Shown one piece after another: positions 1 through 8,906 of a stretch of DNA of 64,000 bases. Made by a program: the position numbers and the translations under genes. The DNA is from Pachysolen tannophilus NRRL Y-2460 (taxonomy: Eukaryota), in NCBI GenBank assembly GCA_001661245.1, contig KV454015.1, positions 1-64,000 on the forward strand, written 5' to 3'. The notes under the pieces are model-generated. The model saw only the letters and a list, made by a program, of their open reading frames with translations. It was not told the origin of the DNA and did no database searches. Numbering within the stretch: the first letter of the stretch is position 1; every line of letters starts with the position of its first letter.

Positions 1-278
1 CCACTCACACCACTCACACCACTCACACCACTCACACCACTCACACCACTCACACCACTCACACCACTCACACCACTCACACCACTCACACCACTCACAC
101 CACTCACACCACTCACACCACTCACACCACTCACACCACTCACACCACTCACACCACTCACACCACTCACACCACTCACACCACTCACACCACTCACACC
201 ACTCACACCACTCACACCACTCACACCACTCACACCACTCACACCACTCACACCACTCACACCACTCACACCACTCAC
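1..278 (+). repeat. Telomeric repeat array, unit CCACTCACA (G-rich strand TGTGAGTGG), about 31 copies
   Basis: Perfect 9-bp tandem repeat from the first base. C-rich strand is 5' at the contig start, the expected orientation for a left chromosome end. It ends abruptly at 278. Confidence 0.95.
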
Positions 279-1027
279 TTAAAAACTAATTTTAGAGTCT
301 GATGTCTCCTTGGTGTCCAAATGATAAGGCTATGTTTAGGTCCTTTTGAAACTTTATTTGCACTTAGACTCCATATGAGATATCGCTGTTGAAATTTTTT
401 TTTTTCCTGAATAATAAATCTGACTTTAAAGATTGTTATTCCACAATTCCAACTTTTCTTTGATACCGCATAATTTACGATTTTCCTTATTACTATTCCA
501 TTATAATATGTTTCTTAGGAATGACTGATAAGTTCATGCTTATTAGACGTCAAAATTAATATAACGCACTTTCTATAATACCAACGTTAGTTCTTCCTTG
601 ATTCGCTCATCGTTACAAATTTTTTTATAATTCTTGGGTGTTTTACGATATATAGTTTTGAATCGGCCTATTATATTAAGTCAGTTCTTTATAAAAAACA
701 GTTTATAGCTAGGTTACTGTGAATAGTGGATATTTGATAATTGAGAAATTTTCGATGTAATTTGCTTCTTTTGTGTGTACAATGTAGCTTCTGCGATTCA
801 GAAATCAACAGTTTCCCTTAGAATTTTCATCTACGAATAAACGGGTTATGATAACTAACCTCAAACTACAAGTATTTGTCTACTACGCTTTATTTTTACT
901 GTAATAATTTTCAAAGCGAATTATTTGGGTACATCACATCATAGCAATTAATATCTATACTAATCACAAAAAAATAAAATAAAGTAAAATAAAATTAAAT
1001 AAACGAAATAAAGAAAAACACTCTAGC

Positions 1028-2227
1028 TTACACGGTCTCAGCTTGATGCCATCTTTCAATAAATCTACCAAATATTTTTTGGCTGTTCTCATAACCCACA
1101 GTTTTTGTACCTAAAGTCTTTCCTTTTGCATTATTCCAATCTTCGAATCGAATCTCCTCCCAATCTTTTAGTTTCTGATTTCTTGTAAAACCCAACTCTT
1201 TTAGCTTCTTTGAATTCAAAGGATCAGGGTCTAAAATAGAATTTTTTTTTGGATTCGCAAAATATATAATAACCATTCTATCATGGTTTCTTTGATCCAG
1301 AGGAGGTTCTGAGACTCTGTGAATACAAGCTTTAAAATATCCACCAGTAATGAATTCCAATGCATCACCAATATTTACTATTAATGACTGAGGCTTATGA
1401 TTAACATAACTCCACTTACCTGTAAAATAGTCAAAAATCTGTAAGGACAACATAGGTTGACTGGTGATAATAGAAAACCCACTAATATCAGAGTGACCTC
1501 TAAGCCATATATCTTGCTTATCATCGCGACCTTCATATAGCATAAATCTTCCATGTCCACCACCGGATTTTTCAACTTCATTTTGATAAATCTTGAAGTA
1601 ACTATCAAAGAGAAAACCTTCTTCAAGTCCAAGAATTAAATCACATAAATTCAATATTTTTTTGATTACAACATTATGAAGAAAATTGAAATAGTCACTA
1701 ATTTCCAGTTTATAATCCAAAACAATTTGTGGATGGCGTTGTTGATTTTGAAATATTTCATGATGTAAAAAATCTCTAAAGTTATAATGAGTAATTGCAT
1801 CACGTACACCCCCATTTTCATCTTCTTTTAATTTCCAATAAGCCTTTGGCTTAAACCCACTTCCTCTTTCACCACCAAGTCTTTTTTCATTATATTCTTC
1901 CTCATCTTCTTTTCGTGCGGCTCCTGATAAAAAAGAAAGTTTTTCCTCTTCGGGAATTTCCATCAAAGATTGAGATATACTTCTCAATTTCTCAATTTTA
2001 TCCCATGAATAACCAATATTAGTTATATTGAAAAACCCATAAGTGGTAATAGCATTTTCTAAAGTCTTTGCCAATTGACGTCTGGAAGAAATATTTTCCT
2101 CACCATATTTGAAAAGAGATAAATCAATTTCATCTAAACTAATAGTGGGCACTTCTGTCAACAACTTTGTTTCTGGAGGATCCAAAAATGGCCTCAAATT
2201 GTATTTTTCATCCTTTCTGTCAATCAT
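1028..2227 (-). CDS. 2-oxoglutarate/Fe(II)-dependent oxygenase (IPNS/DIOX-like family), substrate unknown
   Basis: N-terminal 'VPTISL...YGFFNITNIG' DIOX_N-like segment; HxD 'GHSD'; 'LIVNIGDALE'; distal His in 'ACIHRV'; Arg in 'RMVIIYF'. Confidence 0.88.
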   Translation of the reverse strand: MIDRKDEKYNLRPFLDPPETKLLTEVPTISLDEIDLSLFKYGEENISSRRQLAKTLENAITTYGFFNITNIGYSWDKIEKLRSISQSLMEIPEEEKLSFLSGAARKEDEEEYNEKRLGGERGSGFKPKAYWKLKEDENGGVRDAITHYNFRDFLHHEIFQNQQRHPQIVLDYKLEISDYFNFLHNVVIKKILNLCDLILGLEEGFLFDSYFKIYQNEVEKSGGGHGRFMLYEGRDDKQDIWLRGHSDISGFSIITSQPMLSLQIFDYFTGKWSYVNHKPQSLIVNIGDALEFITGGYFKACIHRVSEPPLDQRNHDRMVIIYFANPKKNSILDPDPLNSKKLKELGFTRNQKLKDWEEIRFEDWNNAKGKTLGTKTVGYENSQKIFGRFIERWHQAETV

Positions 2228-2353
2228 TATTATGTTTTATAAAAGTTCAATAATAGATCTTACCCAGCTACTTTATTATTGTTCAAAAAAAGAGACAAGT
2301 TCCAACTTGCAATCATTGACTTATCTGATCGTTATATAGCTTTTCAAAGGTAA

Positions 2354-2364
2354 GCCACAGTTTT
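2354..2364 (-). promoter_or_regulatory. Met31/Met32-type binding site (AAAACTGTGGC)
   Basis: GCCACAGTTTT on the + strand, the reverse complement of the AAACTGTGG(C) consensus, in the oxygenase/SEO1 divergent promoter. Confidence 0.7.
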
Positions 2365-2468
2365 ATCCCTTAAAAAAATCATTTGTTCCCCGAAAAAAAA
2401 AATATTTAAGCGAAAACTTTACTATACATATTGTCTTAACCCCATTTTGAACTGTGTAAGGCTGAAAT

Positions 2469-2477
2469 AAACTGTGG
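2469..2477 (+). promoter_or_regulatory. Met31/Met32-type binding site (AAACTGTGG)
   Basis: Exact AAACTGTGG in the same intergenic region. A degenerate GAACTGTGT lies at 2449-2457. Confidence 0.7.
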
Positions 2478-2707
2478 TTCTAGCATAATTAACTAAATGC
2501 ATCTACATTAATTACGACTAATTTTCAGTTATCGTTCAATTTTTAAGAGCTGATGAGAAATATTTTTTCAAAATGAAATATTTTTTTATTATTTCAAGGA
2601 ATTGTATATATAAGAAGTCATTTCCAATTACAAATCATGTTCATGTTCTTTCTAATTTAAGAGATCAGCTAGTGAAAGAAAGAACTTCAAATTGAAAAAA
2701 CAAAAAA

Positions 2708-4363
2708 ATGGCCAAATTGCCGTGGTTTATCCCACACTATAGAGAGATTCCCTTTGAAGATGTTAAGGTTGCTGACGAAGATAGTTCACTGGCATCAGAT
2801 AGTATTGCTGATATTCAATCTTCTACCATAATTAAGATAAAAGAATACAGAGATGAGGCTGAAAGACCTTGGTGGAAATTCTTTGATGAGTATGAATATA
2901 GATATACAACAGAAGAGTCAAAAACACACCGAGGTTTTGATAATGGTAAAACTAAAGAGGAGAAGACTCTTCTTTGGAAATTAGATATCCTCATCTCGTT
3001 ATACGCTTTTGTAGGCTACTGGCTTAAATATGTGGACTCTTCCAACTTGACGAATGCCTACGTTTCCGGTATGAAGGAAGATATTGGTATGAAAGGAAAT
3101 GATTTGATTGACGCTCAAGTATATTTTTCTGTTGGAAATATCATTTTTGAATTGCCTTGGATATTTTTATTACCTAGAATATCAATTACTTATTCCTTAG
3201 GTTTTTGCGAGTTTTTATGGGCTATCTTCACGCTTTGTCAATATAGGATTCAAACTCCATCTGCGTTATTTGGTTTACGGTTTTTGGTTGGTGCGGCAGA
3301 AGCAGCATATTTTCCATGTATTCATTATATTTTTGCGAATTGGTATAGACCTACTGAAATAGGTAGAAGGGCTGGTTTTTTCTATATGGGCCAGTTTTTA
3401 GGAATTTTAACTTCTTCGCTATTACAGGCCAGTGTGTTTGATAATTTAGATGGTACCAATGGGTTGGCTGGTTGGAGATGGTTGTTTATAATTGATGGTA
3501 TTATATCATTTGCTGTTGCAATTTTGGGCTTTTTGCTTCTTCCAGGAACACCAACTAGATGTTATTCTATTTGGCTCACCGACGATGAAATCAAGTTGGC
3601 TAGAACAAGAATGATAAACGAAAGAGTTGATATTTCTCCTTCGGTCAAATCCTTTTTTGATAAGAAGACATGGAAAAAAATGTTAAAATCATGGCATTTC
3701 TGGCTTTTAAGTTTCTTACAAATGTTTGGATTTAATACCAACAGTGCTTCAAGTGGTTCTTTTGCGCTTTGGTTAGAATCTTTAAATAAGTATACAACCG
3801 GTCAACTTAATAACTATACCGCAATACCTCCAGCGTTAGGTATACTTTGGATTATCATAGTTTGTTTTGGTGCGGATTTAACAAAAAAGAGATTTCTATT
3901 GATCATGTTTTCTTTTCTTATGAATTTCATTGCAACTGTAATGTTGGCAATATGGGATATACCTGTGAGCGCAAAATGGGTAGGGTTCTGTCTAGCTTAT
4001 TGGTCATGGTCACAATCATCTGTTTTTAATCCTTTGATTCATGATATTTTAAGGCATGATCAAAATTTGAAATCCATAGAATGGATGGTCATATATATTT
4101 TAGGTTTACAATCCTCTGCTTGGGTCTCAAGACTTGCTTGGCCAACAGTAGACTCTCCTAGGTACTTTTCTGGATTTTTAAGTTGTGCAGTATTCAGCAT
4201 TGCGTTTATCATCGGTATTTCTTTTGCCTATGTTCTTTACAAAAGGGATGAAAGAAAAAATGCAATTAAAAATGGAATTTATGTATATAATAGTGAAAAA
4301 GGTGAGTCTCCTGAAGACTTACAGATCGAAGAAGTTACAGAGATTGTTCCCGAAAAATCATAA
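2708..4363 (+). CDS. SEO1: MFS anion:cation symporter (allantoate permease family), Seo1-like
   Basis: Seo1-type N-terminal motif 'EYRDEAERPWWKFFDEYEYR'; 'NAYVSGMKEDIGM'; 'GLAGWRWLFIIDG'; about 12 hydrophobic segments. Could be a SEO1 paralogue. Confidence 0.85.
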   Translation: MAKLPWFIPHYREIPFEDVKVADEDSSLASDSIADIQSSTIIKIKEYRDEAERPWWKFFDEYEYRYTTEESKTHRGFDNGKTKEEKTLLWKLDILISLYAFVGYWLKYVDSSNLTNAYVSGMKEDIGMKGNDLIDAQVYFSVGNIIFELPWIFLLPRISITYSLGFCEFLWAIFTLCQYRIQTPSALFGLRFLVGAAEAAYFPCIHYIFANWYRPTEIGRRAGFFYMGQFLGILTSSLLQASVFDNLDGTNGLAGWRWLFIIDGIISFAVAILGFLLLPGTPTRCYSIWLTDDEIKLARTRMINERVDISPSVKSFFDKKTWKKMLKSWHFWLLSFLQMFGFNTNSASSGSFALWLESLNKYTTGQLNNYTAIPPALGILWIIIVCFGADLTKKRFLLIMFSFLMNFIATVMLAIWDIPVSAKWVGFCLAYWSWSQSSVFNPLIHDILRHDQNLKSIEWMVIYILGLQSSAWVSRLAWPTVDSPRYFSGFLSCAVFSIAFIIGISFAYVLYKRDERKNAIKNGIYVYNSEKGESPEDLQIEEVTEIVPEKS

Positions 4364-4787
4364 AAAAATGTGCATCTCAAGACTCATTGATATACGCTTT
4401 TTAGTTTTTTATTGGAGTTTTTATTGTTGAACTAGATTTATTATTATCGCTTTCAAAAAGTTGCACTTGTAGTAATTATCTAAACCCAAATGATTGATTA
4501 TGGTATTGTAGTTCTTATCTCCTTGTACTTGTTAGGTTTTCTTCAATAAATGACCAAGAGCAGAAGTATCGATGATCATCAAAAATTACTTATTAACCTT
4601 TGTAAAAAAGAAAGAAAGAAAAATAAAAAAATAATTTAAACTGAACAGCCGTATATGTCCTTTGCCTATCAGTAAACATTGGCTCATTATACTACAGTAA
4701 GATAGTATATAAATAGAGAAACAAATAATTCATCGCTTCTTGGAATTGTGCTTCTTTTTTTCGTAGTTTATAAATAATATATATAGA

Positions 4788-5579
4788 ATGTCATATTATC
4801 CTTCAAAGTCAGATTTAAAACCACTTGGTGCTATTTGTCTTGATTACACTGATGATATTCATAGGCCTCCAGGAGATCCACTAAATGAGGAATCGTTTTC
4901 GTTTCCCTTAGTCCATGAGATGGTTTCAAATGCAACTCTATGGAAAATTGTGCAATCAGAACCTTATACAGATGAATTTTTACAATATTTTGTAGATGCT
5001 TGCGAAAAATTGGCTGAAAAGGGAGCAATTGGTATTATCACTTCGTGTGGATTTTTAGCGCAGGTTCAAAAACGTCTCTCTAGTAAGATTTCTCTTCCAC
5101 TTGCTTCCAGCAGTTTATTGCAAATCCCTCAAATATTATGCATTAGGCCAGAAAATGAACATGTCGGTGTTATCACGTTCGATGAATCTGTATTAAGTGA
5201 TGTGCACTTTGATGGTGTTGGAATAACTTCAATTATGCGAAAGAGAATTAATGTAATAGGTGTTCCAGAAAATGGTCTGCTCAGGGGAGTTATTAGAGAC
5301 GGAAAGCCTTATATCCATGAAGAATTAAAACTAGAAATGATACAATGCGCCATTGAATTAATTGCACGTAATCATCAGATCAAAGTTATTGTCTTGGAGT
5401 GTACTCAAATGCCACCATTTGCTAGGGCAATCCAAGAGGTAGTTCGTTTGCCAGTATACGATGTTATAACCATGATCGATTGGTTTTATTCTGGTCTAAA
5501 TTGTAGATCCATCCCAGAAGATAAGAATAAGGAAGCAGGGCTCAGAAAGAGATTGAGAAGCGGAAAAGAAAAAAAATAA
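4788..5579 (+). CDS. Aspartate/glutamate/hydantoin racemase superfamily protein
   Basis: 'HRPPGDP' N-terminal motif and two catalytic-type cysteines, 'ITSCGFL' (C87) and 'VLECTQMPPF' (C205). Confidence 0.85.
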   Translation: MSYYPSKSDLKPLGAICLDYTDDIHRPPGDPLNEESFSFPLVHEMVSNATLWKIVQSEPYTDEFLQYFVDACEKLAEKGAIGIITSCGFLAQVQKRLSSKISLPLASSSLLQIPQILCIRPENEHVGVITFDESVLSDVHFDGVGITSIMRKRINVIGVPENGLLRGVIRDGKPYIHEELKLEMIQCAIELIARNHQIKVIVLECTQMPPFARAIQEVVRLPVYDVITMIDWFYSGLNCRSIPEDKNKEAGLRKRLRSGKEKK

Positions 5580-5773
5580 CTTATAAATAGATGTATTTCA
5601 TTTCTTTATTTGAGGTAAATTCCAAACTTTCCAGAAACATACCTTCTATGATATCACGCAAATCAACCATTGTTTTTATAAATTATTCGTATGCTGAGCA
5701 GCTTGTGATTTCTTCCATACTGTTACTTTTTTTTTTTTTTTTTTTTTTTTTGTAATTTTCAATTACATTTCTA

Positions 5774-6679
5774 CTAAATAACATGGATTTCGTTCGATAA
5801 TTCGTTCCATAATTTTAATTTGTCTTCAAATTTCACACTAGCAACTAATCCAGAAGTATTAGGAAAAACGTATACCTTACAATCATAACCACAGAGGTCC
5901 TTTAATTTCTTCAAGACACACTTATAGCTTTCGTTTGTAACATTTTCTTGCAATCCCCAGTCAAAAATAGTTTTTTCCAATTTTAATTTCTTGATTCCCA
6001 ATATTTTTGTAATGTATAATACTATAAATTCCCAAATTCCTTTGCCGACAATTACAACAAATTTTGGTTTAGCAAAACTTAATTCTTTAATTAACCTAGG
6101 AACATTTTCAAGTTTTTCCAAATGAGTTAATTCTTGTGCTGATCTAGTGCAACGCAAAATTAAATCAGTAAAGCCTATTCCGTATTTTACCAAATCAAAA
6201 TCATTTTCAGCTTTTACTTGAGTTGAATAAATGTTACTTGAACTTATTATTAAATCTCTAAGTAATGAGTCTTCCTTCATTTTATCTTTAATTGAAACAT
6301 TACTGGCTAATAACACTTTTAACAAAATCTTTGATTGATTGAATAACTTCCAAAAAAGATTTGTAAAATGCGCATAATGATGTTGCTGAAGTGATGATTC
6401 AACACCGGGGTTGAAACCTATGAAGATAATCTTCAAGTTTTCATCTATTGAAGGTTGCAAATCTTTGTATTCCGATTCTAGTGGAGTTGCTGTTGCTGTT
6501 GCTGTTACTGTTGTTAAATCATTAGAATGTAATTTCACCTTTTTCTTCGTCACTGGCTTCTGTATTTTATTTTTCTCTTCTAATAAATGGGCGTTTTTGG
6601 ATGATAACTTTCTAGCTTGATTTCCAATATATCTATATGATTCAAGGTTAGCGTTAAACACATCTCTTGATGAACTCAT
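5774..6679 (-). CDS. G/U mismatch-specific uracil/thymine DNA glycosylase (TDG/MUG family)
   Basis: 'FIGFNPG' catalytic motif, 'HHYAHFTNLFW', 'GIGFTDL', 'PNTSGL'. Confidence 0.9.
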   Translation of the reverse strand: MSSSRDVFNANLESYRYIGNQARKLSSKNAHLLEEKNKIQKPVTKKKVKLHSNDLTTVTATATATPLESEYKDLQPSIDENLKIIFIGFNPGVESSLQQHHYAHFTNLFWKLFNQSKILLKVLLASNVSIKDKMKEDSLLRDLIISSSNIYSTQVKAENDFDLVKYGIGFTDLILRCTRSAQELTHLEKLENVPRLIKELSFAKPKFVVIVGKGIWEFIVLYITKILGIKKLKLEKTIFDWGLQENVTNESYKCVLKKLKDLCGYDCKVYVFPNTSGLVASVKFEDKLKLWNELSNEIHVI

Positions 6680-6903
6680 CTCAATTATGTTCTACCTCTT
6701 TTCTTTTTTTTTTTTTGGCATGTTTCAATAAATGTAAAATAATTTTTAGCTACAGTTTAAAATAATTTTATAACAAATCAAACTTTTAAATACTGAAAAG
6801 ATAAATTGTAAGCTTTTAAATCTCAACTAACAAAATAATAAATAATTAAAACCGACAAGAAAATAGCTATATATTTTTGAACAACTTTTAAATGGTCAAA
6901 CCT

Positions 6904-8340
6904 CTATATACCATTAGAAGCACAGGTAAAGACACTTCCATAACTATCACTTTCATAACTTAGAATAATACTTTCAACACTTGCATACAAACCTGGACCT
7001 AAGATGTAAAAACCCAGTAATATTAAAAAGATATTTATGAAATATTCAATTTTCTCTGTTGGGTTCAATTTTGGGAATAAGTGACGAACTTTGCAACCAT
7101 ATTTCGATTGTTTTAACCTGAAAAATGCTGTACCCCAAAAGACAAAACCAAACCAACAATCAAACAAAGAAGACATCAAAGATAACAAATCAGAAAAAAA
7201 AGGAATAACTTCTGCGATAATAAAGGCTAATATCCATAAACCAATGTTGGTTGCAACCCAAACAACCCAACCTTTTCTTGTATGAGAGAATCTATGTTCT
7301 GAATCTGGTGGGAAAAATTGGAAAAATAAAAATTGTGAAGAGACATTACCGTATAATGCACCTAAAAATGCAATTGTTGGTATAGCAAATGAAAAAGCAA
7401 TGATTTTATAATGACCTGATAATGAACCAAAAGCTGGAGATATCATATAATAGTTACCCACATAGACATAAATTATAGACCCAGCTAATGCAAAAGTGAT
7501 CAATTCACAAATTGTAACAACATAAAGAGCTTTTTTAAATTCTCGAGGATTTTTCATTTCGGCAATAAACGAAGGATAAGTTATTTGTCCAACAAAAGTA
7601 TATACAATGTTTAAAAAAGCAGACATACCACTTACATAAGTGGTGCCTTGAACTGGCCATAAATTATACTGCACTGGAGTACCATCCCAACCATCTGGAT
7701 GTGTCTGTATACCTGCAAAGATTAAAGATAATAAAACAGCAATAAACATTGTTGCAGCAGAAAAAATTCCAACAAGTGACATTTGAGAAAATGTCCTTGG
7801 TAAAGAAATAACCAAGCAAATAACAGCAGTTGCCACGGAAAATCCAACAGTACAACCCCCATGATTAGAAACAGTATTTAAATATTTAGCACCAACTAAA
7901 ACATGTAAACCTTGAATCAAAATATTATTTAAAAGAAAACAAATTGCAGTTGCATACCATGCCCATTTTTGACCCCAAAATAAATTTTGACCAATATCAC
8001 AAATATTTTGAGTCTTTGGATGTTTAATACAATAATCAGTAATAATAAGTCCAGTATATAGTACTGTTAAAGCAACAAACACTGTAAGTATCAAACCTGG
8101 CACAAGACCAAGAACAGAATAAGACCAAGGAAAACTCATAATAGCAAGACATATATATTCTGAAAATAAAAGTCCGGCTGTTCTTTGCCAAGAACAGGTA
8201 CGATATTTTATATCATGACCATTCTCCTGATTAATCTCATTTTCGAAAAATTGTTCGGTACTGCTATCTTCAAATACATCCTTAATTTCTGATTTTGAAT
8301 AAGTCTCTTTTTCAAGAGAAGGAGGACCATAGTTAGACAT
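6904..8340 (-). CDS. Neutral amino acid permease (AAAP/Aa_trans family, Mtr-like)
   Basis: 'YRTCSWQRTAGLLFSEYICLAIMSFPW', 'FIAEMKNPREFKKAL', 'IAEVIPFFSDLL'; about 11 TM segments. Confidence 0.9.
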   Translation of the reverse strand: MSNYGPPSLEKETYSKSEIKDVFEDSSTEQFFENEINQENGHDIKYRTCSWQRTAGLLFSEYICLAIMSFPWSYSVLGLVPGLILTVFVALTVLYTGLIITDYCIKHPKTQNICDIGQNLFWGQKWAWYATAICFLLNNILIQGLHVLVGAKYLNTVSNHGGCTVGFSVATAVICLVISLPRTFSQMSLVGIFSAATMFIAVLLSLIFAGIQTHPDGWDGTPVQYNLWPVQGTTYVSGMSAFLNIVYTFVGQITYPSFIAEMKNPREFKKALYVVTICELITFALAGSIIYVYVGNYYMISPAFGSLSGHYKIIAFSFAIPTIAFLGALYGNVSSQFLFFQFFPPDSEHRFSHTRKGWVVWVATNIGLWILAFIIAEVIPFFSDLLSLMSSLFDCWFGFVFWGTAFFRLKQSKYGCKVRHLFPKLNPTEKIEYFINIFLILLGFYILGPGLYASVESIILSYESDSYGSVFTCASNGI

Positions 8341-8787
8341 AGTTTAGGTTATATCCTTTACCTCGATAAATAATAAATATATATGGTACTATATAATATA
8401 ATATGTATATGTATATGTATATGTATATATTATACTTGCGTCACAAACAAGTGAAAATTTATATATATAAATATATATATAAATATATATTATGTATGTC
8501 TTGAGAAGAAAATCAATAGTAAATAGTTGATCTTCAGAGAAGTTAAAGAACTTTTATATAATCGGTTATCTTACTACTACAGACTACTAAGAATTTAATG
8601 AAAAATAGAAGTTGCTGTCATCGATCAATTTTTATTTTTTCAACTAAGCAGCACCACAACAGATCAAACGTACCTGCAGCCACAGTGCTCTCATCATTTG
8701 ATTGCATATCTACCAATTCCGTCATCTTCTGTCAATTGCCATTTTTTTTTTGCTTGGGTTCAAAAAAAAAAAAAGATGTGTTCCATT

Positions 8788-8794
8788 TCACGTG
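8788..8794 (+). promoter_or_regulatory. Cbf1 (CDEI)-type site TCACGTG, with a Met31/32 core GCCACAGT at 8679-8686
   Basis: Both motifs are read directly in the divergent permease/DDL1 intergenic region. Confidence 0.5.
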
Positions 8795-8906
8795 TTAGAA
8801 GCTAAATTTAAGAACGAATAAAGTCAAGTACGTATGTAATTGATTTTTAAGGTAGGATTTTCTTCTTAGCATTTAGATAACGATTTTGCGCTATCTATAG
8901 AATTCA

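Noticed and set aside
1..278. CRISPR or satellite interpretation of the repeat
   Set aside because: No spacers, eukaryotic context, terminal position and strand bias all fit a telomere.
8390..8495. (ATATGT)n and (AT)n tracts, plus poly-A/T runs elsewhere
   Set aside because: Ordinary microsatellites and nucleosome-excluding tracts of an AT-rich yeast genome.
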